From positions 1 to 57,712 of the forward strand of contig JAHEDH010000003.1 in assembly GCA_024641285.1 (NCBI GenBank): 57,712 nucleotides of DNA, written 5' to 3'. This stretch comes from a bacterium. GTDB taxonomy: Bacteria; Actinomycetota; Acidimicrobiia; Spongiisociales; ZC4RG35. Positions within the stretch are counted from its first letter, which is position 1. Each line of letters opens with the position of its first letter. Under the pieces are notes generated by a model that saw nothing but the letters and a program-made list of their open reading frames with translations, was not told where the DNA came from and did not search any database. The position numbers were made by a program, and so were the translations under genes. This document shows, in pieces, positions 50,635-57,712 of the stretch.

Positions 50635-50856
50635 ATGATCGAAGCGCTCGGACTGGACACGCTGTTTGCCGAGATGATCTTCGCCATCGGCCTGGCGATC
50701 ATCCTCGGCAACGCCTATGCCTACTACCAGCACCAGCGAGGCGAACGACCCGACGACGCCGACGAAGGGGCCGAATTCAACACCGGTCGGGTCGTCTTTC
50801 TATCCGTCGTCGGGGCACTCATGGCGACCTGGGGTGGGATCAGCGTCTTCGGTTGA
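50635..50856 (+). CDS. Small two-helix membrane protein
   Basis: Two hydrophobic segments, coding-like codon usage, TACTCT 6 nt before the ATG. Confidence 0.7.
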   Translation: MIEALGLDTLFAEMIFAIGLAIILGNAYAYYQHQRGERPDDADEGAEFNTGRVVFLSVVGALMATWGGISVFG

Positions 50857-50902
50857 GTCACAGATGCGGATCGCCGTGTGGCTGGGTAATCTGACCCGTA
50901 CT

Positions 50903-50973
50903 GCGGGTGTAGTTCAATGGCAGAACATCAGCTTCCCAAGCTGAATACGGGGGTTCGATTCCCCTCACCCGCT
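50903..50973 (+). tRNA. tRNA-Gly (CCC)
   Basis: Acceptor GCGGGTG/CACCCGC, anticodon arm TCAGC-TTCCCAA-GCTGA, T-loop GGTTCGATT. CCA not encoded (CCG follows). Confidence 0.97.
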
Positions 50974-50979
50974 CCGGAA

Positions 50980-51029
50980 CACGTTCCACGGTGCACGCTC
51001 CACGTCACACGCTCCACGTCATCACGTGA
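50980..51029. repeat. Heptamer tandem repeat (CACGNNN x6, plus one offset copy)
   Basis: CACGTTC CACGGTG CACGCTC CACGTCA CACGCTC CACGTCA T CACGTGA. Confidence 0.8.
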
Positions 51030-51351
51030 GATCGACGGCACAGCATCAGGATGCGACCACGGCTCGAAGTCGCCAGGACGAGCAGCACGCTCGACCCGGT
51101 GAGCACGACGCACAGTCCGATCACGATCGCAGCCAGCCTGCTCCGCAGCGCCGAGCGAAGACCAGTTCCAGCCATGAACACCTTGTCGACTGCGTTCGCC
51201 CCCACGTAAGAGCGACCACGACCCGGAGACCCGAGTCAGGTCCCCACCCCGGGCTCAGCCCTCGGCATGGGGAAAGCGATTCTCAGATGTTCGATTGCCA
51301 AATGCGACGCGATGGTCGGGCTCGGAACGAGGACGCAGGCGGCACCCCGAT

Positions 51352-51990
51352 TCAGGGGCTGTGATCCTCGGTCGAGATGTCGAGTCGACCGTCGTCCCAC
51401 CTCGCCTCGAACTCCGACACCGACGTCGCACTCGCGAAGCGAACCCGAACCCGTTCCGGTCCGATGTCTCGAAGCTCGGTGGTGAACCCGGGTTGTGGAA
51501 TGGCGGAGACGAAGTGGACCTCGCCGGGAGCGGACTCGATCGTCACCGAGCCTCCGGGCACGGAGTAGCTCGACCTGACTAGGCCGGAGGAGGCGACAGT
51601 GGTCGTAGTTGTCAGAGGACCAGGCGCCGTCGTTGTGGTCGTCAACGTCGATGCTGTGCTCGTCGACGCCGTGCTCGCAGTCGTCGACGGGCTACCAGAC
51701 GGGCCTTTCGTGGTGACAGAGGACTCCGGAGAGGTCCTGGGTGTGGTCGAGTCGACCGCCGTGGTCGACGTCGACAACGAGGGATCGAGTGACTCGGGAA
51801 CGGTCTCAGGAATCGTCACGACGATGGTCGGCCGGATCGACTCGACTGCGACGGCGGCAATGGTCGTCGGGATCACCGTCACCGGCTGGATCACACGGTT
51901 CCGCACCTGCGAAACGGCTGCCCACGACAACGCCAGCGCGGCCACGACTGAGACACTCCACAGAGCGACGAACTTGATCGACTTCGGCAT
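51352..51990 (-). CDS. Membrane-anchored Ser/Thr-rich protein with C-terminal beta domain
   Basis: N-terminal TM, long S/T/P stalk, C-terminal GGSVTI...PGF...VRF domain. Confidence 0.8.
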   Translation of the reverse strand: MPKSIKFVALWSVSVVAALALSWAAVSQVRNRVIQPVTVIPTTIAAVAVESIRPTIVVTIPETVPESLDPSLSTSTTAVDSTTPRTSPESSVTTKGPSGSPSTTASTASTSTASTLTTTTTAPGPLTTTTTVASSGLVRSSYSVPGGSVTIESAPGEVHFVSAIPQPGFTTELRDIGPERVRVRFASATSVSEFEARWDDGRLDISTEDHSP

Positions 51991-52035
51991 GCACCCATTA
52001 TCACCCGAACCGAGTTCGGGATCACTTCGAAGACA

Positions 52036-52049
52036 GTTAGGAAAACCTC
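52036..52049 (-). promoter_or_regulatory. Putative response-regulator binding site, copy 1
   Basis: GAGGTTTTCCTAAC, 12/14 identical to 54057-54070, 33 nt upstream of GATAAT. Confidence 0.6.
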
Positions 52050-52102
52050 AAGTCGCGCCGAACCCGGCTCGGGCGCATTTGGGTTGAATACGATGACACC
52101 CG

Positions 52103-52786
52103 ATGTCCTCCATCCTCATCGTCGAAGACGAGTTCGCCATCCGGAACGCACTTGCCGAATTCCTTGCGGCGGCCGGGCATGCAGTCGAAGCGCTGTCGAG
52201 CGGAATGGAGGGTGTCCAGCGGGCGGTCCAGGGTGGACTCGATGTCGTCGTCCTCGATCTCGGTCTGCCGGATGTGGACGGCTCGGAGGTCTTGAAGATG
52301 ATCCGGGCCGTCAGTGCCGTGCCGGTGATCGTCGCCACCGCACGGGACGATGAAGCCGAGATCGTCCGCATCCTCAAGGACGGCGCAGACGACTACGTCG
52401 TCAAACCCTTCTCGGGCGCCCAACTGCAGGCGCGCATCGAGGCGATCCTCCGGCGGGCAGGGTCGGCAGAAATGGCCGGCCCGATCACGATCGGACAGCT
52501 CGAGATCGATGTCGATCGCCGAACGGCGGAGATGAACGGTGCGCCACTCGACCTGACACGCAAGGAATTCGATCTCTTGGCCTTCCTCGCCGGCCAGGTC
52601 GGAGTGGTTGCATCGAAACGCCAGCTGCTCGCCGAGGTCTGGCGCCAGCCCTACGGCGGTGCAGACAAGACCGTTGACGTCCATCTCTCGGTCCTGCGGC
52701 GCAAACTCGGTGAGACGGCCGCCGAGCCGCGCTACCTCAGGACCGTCCACGGGGTCGGAGTCAAGCTCGTGGACCCGACTTCGTGA
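52103..52786 (+). CDS. OmpR family response regulator
   Basis: ILIVED, LDLGLP, TA, KPF, winged helix (LTRKEFDLL, VDVH, TVHGVG). Confidence 0.95.
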   Translation: MSSILIVEDEFAIRNALAEFLAAAGHAVEALSSGMEGVQRAVQGGLDVVVLDLGLPDVDGSEVLKMIRAVSAVPVIVATARDDEAEIVRILKDGADDYVVKPFSGAQLQARIEAILRRAGSAEMAGPITIGQLEIDVDRRTAEMNGAPLDLTRKEFDLLAFLAGQVGVVASKRQLLAEVWRQPYGGADKTVDVHLSVLRRKLGETAAEPRYLRTVHGVGVKLVDPTS

Positions 52787-54051
52787 GGCGATGGCTCAGC
52801 CTGTATGCCCTGTCGGTGACGTCGATCGTCATCGTCGCGTTCCTCATCCCACTCGCCATTCTCATCCGCGATCTGAGCGCAGACCGGGCGCTCAGCGCCG
52901 CCGAACGGGAGGCACAGGCGGTTGCCCGGTTCGTCGCCGCCACGCCGGCGGACGCGGTGGACGCCCTTCAGGCGTCCCTCGACACGCTCGACGGCGTATC
53001 CGTCGTCGTGTCGGGCGGCGCGGTTCTCGGCGCCGAGCTCCCACCGAACATCGACCTGGAGGCTGCCCAAACACGCGCCCAGGCCTATCGGCAGCCGCTC
53101 TCCGACGGCGAAGCCGTGATCGTTCCCGTACTCCGGAGCGCCGAGGAGGTCTGGGTCGTCGTAGCCGATGTCTCAGAGGCCGAGCTCACCGAGAACGTGG
53201 CCGTGGCCTGGCTGATCCTTGGAGGGCTCGGGCTGTCGATGATGGTGCTCGCGCTCGTCGCAGCGGATCGTATGGGCCAGGCCGTCGTGCGCCCGGTGAA
53301 CGACCTGGTGGAGGCGACTCACCAGCTCGGTCGCGGGGACCTGGACGTTCGCGTCGCTCCTGCAGGGCCGCGGGAGCTGGAGGAGGTCGGGGCCGCGTTC
53401 AACACGCTCACCCAGCGTGTCGTGACGTTGATGAACCGTGAGCGCGAGAGTGCGGCAGATCTCGCACACCGGCTGAGAACCCCGCTCACGGCTCTCAAGC
53501 TCGACATCGAAGCGCTCGCAAAGACGGCCGACGTCGGAAGGCTCCAGCGCGACGTCGACGATCTCGAACGAGTCACGAGCAGGATCATCGACGAGGCCAG
53601 GCGACCGCTGCGAGGCGCGGCACAGTGTGACTTGGTGTCCATTCTCCAAGAGCGAGCCGCCTTCTGGGGGAATCTGGCAGAGGATCAAGAGCGCAGGTGG
53701 GACCTCGACGTCGCAGCCGCTCACCACGTCATCGCGGCCTCGACAGACGAAGCAGGGGCGGCACTCGACGCGGTGTTCGGCAACATCTTCGCCCACACTC
53801 CGGCGGGAACGCCATACCGGATTCGACTCGATGCAGACGGCTCCTCGGCTTGGCTCAGGTTCTCCGACGATGGACCGGGCATCGCCTCTGAAGACCTCCT
53901 TCGTCGCGGTGCGAGCGGCGGCGATTCGACCGGACTCGGGGTCGACATCGTCCGAGCATTCGCCGAGCAGGCCGGCGGCAAGGCGACATGGGCCGCCGGC
54001 CCCACCGGAGGAACCGTCGTCACGCTCGAGATACCCGCTGCCGGCATCTGA
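52783..54051 (+). CDS. HAMP-containing sensor histidine kinase
   Basis: Two TMs, HAMP, H-box AHRLRTPL, N-box, DDGPG, GLG. Confidence 0.93.
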   Translation: MRRWLSLYALSVTSIVIVAFLIPLAILIRDLSADRALSAAEREAQAVARFVAATPADAVDALQASLDTLDGVSVVVSGGAVLGAELPPNIDLEAAQTRAQAYRQPLSDGEAVIVPVLRSAEEVWVVVADVSEAELTENVAVAWLILGGLGLSMMVLALVAADRMGQAVVRPVNDLVEATHQLGRGDLDVRVAPAGPRELEEVGAAFNTLTQRVVTLMNRERESAADLAHRLRTPLTALKLDIEALAKTADVGRLQRDVDDLERVTSRIIDEARRPLRGAAQCDLVSILQERAAFWGNLAEDQERRWDLDVAAAHHVIAASTDEAGAALDAVFGNIFAHTPAGTPYRIRLDADGSSAWLRFSDDGPGIASEDLLRRGASGGDSTGLGVDIVRAFAEQAGGKATWAAGPTGGTVVTLEIPAAGI

Positions 54052-54056
54052 GAGAA

Positions 54057-54070
54057 GAGGTTTCTCTAAC
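54057..54070 (+). promoter_or_regulatory. Putative response-regulator binding site, copy 2
   Basis: GAGGTTTCTCTAAC, 33 nt upstream of GATCCT. Confidence 0.6.
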
Positions 54071-54144
54071 CCTCCGCAGAGGACCCCGAAACCGTCGATC
54101 GGTGATCCTGTGGTGGTACGGAACGAACGATGGAGGTTCACATC

Positions 54145-55038
54145 ATGCGAAAGCGGTTGGCAGTCATCTCTGCGGGAATCCTCGCAGCACTCATGGCACT
54201 CGGCACGGCGAATGCGCTGGTCCTCGACACGGCAACGGGCTCTGGGGCCAGCCAGCAGGCCGTTGCGGGAGAGCAAACGGTCTTCGATGTCGGCGACGCC
54301 GGAAGCGTCACACTCCTCGACGCCGGAACGACCCTCGAGGTCGTCTCGGTCGAGCAGGCCGCAGGCTGGAAGATCGAGATCGAAGTCGCCAGCGGTCGAG
54401 AGGTCGAAGTCGACTTCTCCAACGGCACGCGTCGGATCCAGTTCAATGCCGAGCTCGAGGATGGCGAGATCCGCGTGCGAGCACGGGAACAGGTGGTCGC
54501 TGCGACCAGCACCACTCAGACTACGACTCGGTCGACCACATCGACCACCGCCGCCGCCGTGGCGTCTTCGTCGGCGACCGGGACCATGACATACCAAGCG
54601 GGCGCGGCCGGAACCGTGACGATCTCGAACGACGGATCACGGCTGACGATCACTGCAGTGGATGCGGCCGACGGCTGGAGCCACGAGATCGAAGTCTCGA
54701 CGGGCCGCGAGGTCGAGATGGACTTCCGCAACGGCGACGACCGGGTCCAGTTCAACGCCGAACTGGAGGACGGGCAGGTTCGAGTCCGGGTCCGCACTCG
54801 AGCGGCGGATGGGTCCCGCACGGAGGTCACGAACGGCGTCGACACGAGCGCTGACGACAGCAGCAGCTCCGAAGACGACAGGATGGACGACAGCAGCAGC
54901 TCTGACGACGAGGACGACGACCGCGACGACCGGTCGAGCGACTCCGACGACGACCACGCAGGCGGCGGACACTCCGACGACGAGGGCGACAACAGTGGAT
55001 GGGGAAGCTCCGATGACGACCACAGCAGTGACGACTGA
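54145..55038 (+). CDS. Secreted protein with two repeated beta domains and an Asp/Ser-rich tail
   Basis: GGAGG RBS, signal peptide, two copies of GW-x2-EIEV...GREVE-x-DF-x-NG...QFNAELEDG, acidic tail with His. Confidence 0.85.
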   Translation: MRKRLAVISAGILAALMALGTANALVLDTATGSGASQQAVAGEQTVFDVGDAGSVTLLDAGTTLEVVSVEQAAGWKIEIEVASGREVEVDFSNGTRRIQFNAELEDGEIRVRAREQVVAATSTTQTTTRSTTSTTAAAVASSSATGTMTYQAGAAGTVTISNDGSRLTITAVDAADGWSHEIEVSTGREVEMDFRNGDDRVQFNAELEDGQVRVRVRTRAADGSRTEVTNGVDTSADDSSSSEDDRMDDSSSSDDEDDDRDDRSSDSDDDHAGGGHSDDEGDNSGWGSSDDDHSSDD

Positions 55039-55059
55039 TCCAACTCGGACGTCGACTGT

Positions 55060-55095
55060 GCGGAACCCCACCGACTCGGTGGGGTTCCGCTTGTT
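55060..55095 (+). terminator. Intrinsic terminator
   Basis: GCGGAACCCCACCG-ACT-CGGTGGGGTTCCGC followed by TTGTT. Confidence 0.85.
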
Positions 55096-55190
55096 CCTCG
55101 CGGCGGTTCCGTTGTCGGATGGGTCACGGTCGGACCGGACTCATTCGTCCCTCAGATCGCCTCGGCGGGAAGCAGGGCTCGGCACGGGCG

Positions 55191-55742
55191 TCACCTCAGT
55201 TGGAGCCAGTCCTGGCGGATCATCGACATCACGATCGCATCGTGATAAGCGCCCTCCCAGCAGAGCGCCTGCCTGAGCACACCCTCGCGCACGAAGCCGA
55301 CGCGCTCGTAGGCGGCGATCGCCCGGGTGTTGAAGTCGAAGACCTCCAAACCGATCCGGTTGATCGGAAGGTGCTCGAAGACGTGATCGGTGACCAGCAC
55401 CATGGCTTCCGGCCCAAGTCCCCTCCCACGGCCTCGGGCGCTCAACGCAATTCGAAAGCCGCAGGAACGGTTGTCAGGGTCCCAGTCGAGAATGGCCAGT
55501 TCACCAAGCCACTCACCAGAAGCGGAGTCGGTCACGGCGAGGTCGAGTCGATCCGACTGCGCGGCACGAGAGCGCACCCAGCGCTCGATCTGTTCCTTGG
55601 TGAACTCGGCGTGCGTCCCCGTGAGTCGTCTGGCCTCCTGATCCCCGAGGTCGGCCCAGAGCTCCTCGAAATCCTCAGGGCCGATCGGGCGCAACGTGAC
55701 TCGAGGCCCCACGAGGGTGGGCTTGTGCGCAAACGACGTCAT
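55191..55742 (-). CDS. RimJ/RimL-type GNAT acetyltransferase
   Basis: RGRGLG, N-x-RAIAAYERVGFVREG. Confidence 0.9.
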   Translation of the reverse strand: MTSFAHKPTLVGPRVTLRPIGPEDFEELWADLGDQEARRLTGTHAEFTKEQIERWVRSRAAQSDRLDLAVTDSASGEWLGELAILDWDPDNRSCGFRIALSARGRGRGLGPEAMVLVTDHVFEHLPINRIGLEVFDFNTRAIAAYERVGFVREGVLRQALCWEGAYHDAIVMSMIRQDWLQLR

Positions 55743-55807
55743 ATCGAAAGCCTACGGACGCAAGCGCCGGGCGAAGTGCGTCCGCTCGTTCCAAGAGACT
55801 CGGGGAG

Positions 55808-56383
55808 TCAGCCGCCGCGGGCCATCGAATAGAACTCGTCGTTTGGGCGAATCGACAGAAAGTTGGCCATCCGATTGGACATCGCGAAGAAGGCGGTGAC
55901 GCCGGCCATGTCCCAGATGTCATCGTCGGAGAATCCGTGGTCGCGGAGAGGCGTGAAGTCGGATTCGGTGATCGCGCCCGAGTCGAGCGACACCTTCATG
56001 GCGAAGTCGAGCATCGCCATCTGGCGCGGCGTGATCTCGGCTTTGCGATGGTTCGTTGCGAGCTGATCGGACAATCGCGAGTCCTTTGAGCGGATCCGGA
56101 CGATCGCACCGTGCGCAACGACGCAATAGAGGCATTTGTTCGCCCCGGACGTCGCCACGACGATCATCTCCCGCTCTGCCTTGGTCAGACCGCTGGCGCG
56201 GTCCATCAAGGCGTCGTGATATGCCATGAAGGCTCGGAGCTCATCGGGTCGGTGGCCCATCGCCAGGAAGACGTTCGGAATGAATCCGGTCTTCTCCTGG
56301 ATCGCGGCGACGGCTTGACGCAGGTCATCCGGCAGGTCGCCGAGATCCGCAACCGGGTATCGACTGATCTTCTCGTCGGTCAT
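55808..56383 (-). CDS. Peroxidase-related enzyme (AhpD/CMD family)
   Basis: [21 protein letters not shown] (CxxCxxxH), NR. Confidence 0.9.
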   Translation of the reverse strand: MTDEKISRYPVADLGDLPDDLRQAVAAIQEKTGFIPNVFLAMGHRPDELRAFMAYHDALMDRASGLTKAEREMIVVATSGANKCLYCVVAHGAIVRIRSKDSRLSDQLATNHRKAEITPRQMAMLDFAMKVSLDSGAITESDFTPLRDHGFSDDDIWDMAGVTAFFAMSNRMANFLSIRPNDEFYSMARGG

Positions 56384-57360
56384 GGCTTCACCCTCACGAT
56401 CGTTCTCCCTCTGATACCACCTCGGAGTTGCCGGGCCGCCAGTTCGACTACGCCTTCGAGCGGCACCTCGGTGCTCATCTCCTCGAGCAGTTCGACGTCG
56501 AGATCGGAAGCCACGCGACTCCACGCCTCGACTCGTCTCGGCATCGGGCAATTGACGGAGTCGATTCCCGCCAGGGTGACCCCTCGAAGGATGAACGGCA
56601 TGACGGTCGCCGGCAGGTCCATGCCCTGGGCGAGGCCGCAGGCGGCGACGGTCCCGCCGTACATCGTCGAAGCACAGGCGTTTGCCAGCGTGTGGCTGCC
56701 GACCGAATCGACAGCGCCCGCCCAACGTTCCTTGCCGAGCGGGCGACCCGGCTCTGAGAGCTCTGCCCGGTCGAGGACCTCGGACGCACCGAGCCGGGTC
56801 AGATACGGGTGCTCTCCCGCTTTGCCGGTCGTGGCGATGACGTGGTAGCCGAGCTTCGCCAGCACGGCGACAGCAACGCTCCCGACCCCGCCGGTGGCGC
56901 CTGTCACCAGAATCGGACCCGAGTCCGGCGTGAGACCGTGCTGTTCGAGAGCCATCACGCACAGCATCGCCGTGTATCCGGCGGTTCCGATCGCCATCGC
57001 CTGCCTGGTCTCGAGACCCGGGGGCAGTGGCACCAGCCAATCGCCCTGAACGCGCGCCTGCTCGGCAAACCCGCCCCAGTGCGTCTCCCCGACGCCCCAC
57101 CCGTTCAGCACGACCAAATCACCGAGGGCGAATCGGTCGGTGTCGCAAGCGGTGACGATGCCTGCGAAGTCGACACCCGGAACCATCGGAAACCGTCGCA
57201 CCACCGGCGACGCTCCCGTGAGCGCAAGACTGTCCTTGTAGTTCAGCGTCGAATACTCGACGTCCACGGTCACGTCGCCATCCGGCAGATCCACCGGGTC
57301 CAGGTCGGTGAGGCCGACGGTGTACTGGTCGTCGACCTTGTCGATGAGGATCGCCCTCAC
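56380..57360 (-). CDS. acuI: Acryloyl-CoA reductase (YhdH/AcuI, MDR family)
   Basis: [43 protein letters not shown]. Confidence 0.88.
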   Translation of the reverse strand: MRAILIDKVDDQYTVGLTDLDPVDLPDGDVTVDVEYSTLNYKDSLALTGASPVVRRFPMVPGVDFAGIVTACDTDRFALGDLVVLNGWGVGETHWGGFAEQARVQGDWLVPLPPGLETRQAMAIGTAGYTAMLCVMALEQHGLTPDSGPILVTGATGGVGSVAVAVLAKLGYHVIATTGKAGEHPYLTRLGASEVLDRAELSEPGRPLGKERWAGAVDSVGSHTLANACASTMYGGTVAACGLAQGMDLPATVMPFILRGVTLAGIDSVNCPMPRRVEAWSRVASDLDVELLEEMSTEVPLEGVVELAARQLRGGIRGRTIVRVKP

Positions 57361-57548
57361 GTCGAATCATCTCCCGTCTCTGTGTCGTCTCCAAGCATGC
57401 CAGACCGACAGCGCTCGGGGTGGCCAGATGCAGGAGAGGAAGGAACCGTCGCAGGAACAAGTCATCGCAGACGGACGTCGCTCTGTGGGCTGGCAGACCG
57501 GTCAGCCCTCAGCGCCTAGCATCACGGCCGCAACGACAGGAGCTGGCG

Positions 57549-57712
57549 ATGATCTTCTCGGACCGGACAATCAAAGAAGCGATCGACTCGGGGCGCATCG
57601 AGATCGACCCGTTCGAGGAGTCTTTCATCCAACCATCGAGTGTCGACCTGCGCTGCGACAACGCGTTCAGGGTGTTCGAGAATCACAAGTACGCCAAGAT
57701 CGACCCGATGGC
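57549..57712 (+). CDS. dcd: dCTP deaminase (3'-truncated by window edge)
   Basis: [12 protein letters not shown]...IQPSSVDLR...FRVF; AGGAG RBS. Confidence 0.9.
   Translation, partial: MIFSDRTIKEAIDSGRIEIDPFEESFIQPSSVDLRCDNAFRVFENHKYAKIDPM

Noticed and set aside
51005-51268. Short hydrophobic minus-strand ORF, possibly extended through a TGA as a second selenoprotein
   Set aside because: No redox motif around the TGA, weak codon bias, and the ORF ends inside the heptamer repeat. At most a gene remnant.
50903-55100. Genomic island integrated at tRNA-Gly
   Set aside because: No integrase, no duplicated tRNA 3' end seen, and no obvious compositional shift.

Overview
A GC-rich, gene-dense chromosomal window from an actinobacterium, probably Acidimicrobiia. 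That placement is inferred from PAC2, bS22, CsoR, widespread leaderless-type starts and gene content. I found no transposase, integrase, prophage or CRISPR array. In order, the window holds: the end of a histidine-utilisation operon (hutU-def-hutF-hutI); two tandem secreted S8 proteases with Trp-pentapeptide tails; a TetR-ABC exporter; an HDOD protein; GH97; a MazEF-type TA pair; a stand-alone DnaB/RecA-like ATPase; acs; lnt; an M3 peptidase; csoR-copZ-copA; a TrpF-like/PfkB pair; MscS; a cytochrome c; PAC2; bS22; thrB; tRNA-Gly(CCC); a two-component system flanked by two homologous exported proteins; acuI; and the start of dcd. The most notable observations are these. (1) A SelW/Rdx-type selenoprotein gene with an in-frame TGA (CxxU), missing from the ORF track. 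(2) A peptide deformylase translationally coupled inside the hut operon, where an N-formylglutamate deformylase is expected. (3) Paired S8 proteases with 17-20 perfectly phased xxWxG repeats, a shared LRWD terminus and shared upstream motifs, one carrying a ~245-aa propeller-like insertion in its catalytic domain. (4) A predicted mini-regulon around the two-component system with a duplicated promoter architecture. (5) Two highly structured intergenic elements. All calls come from reading motifs by eye; no database search or folding computation was run.
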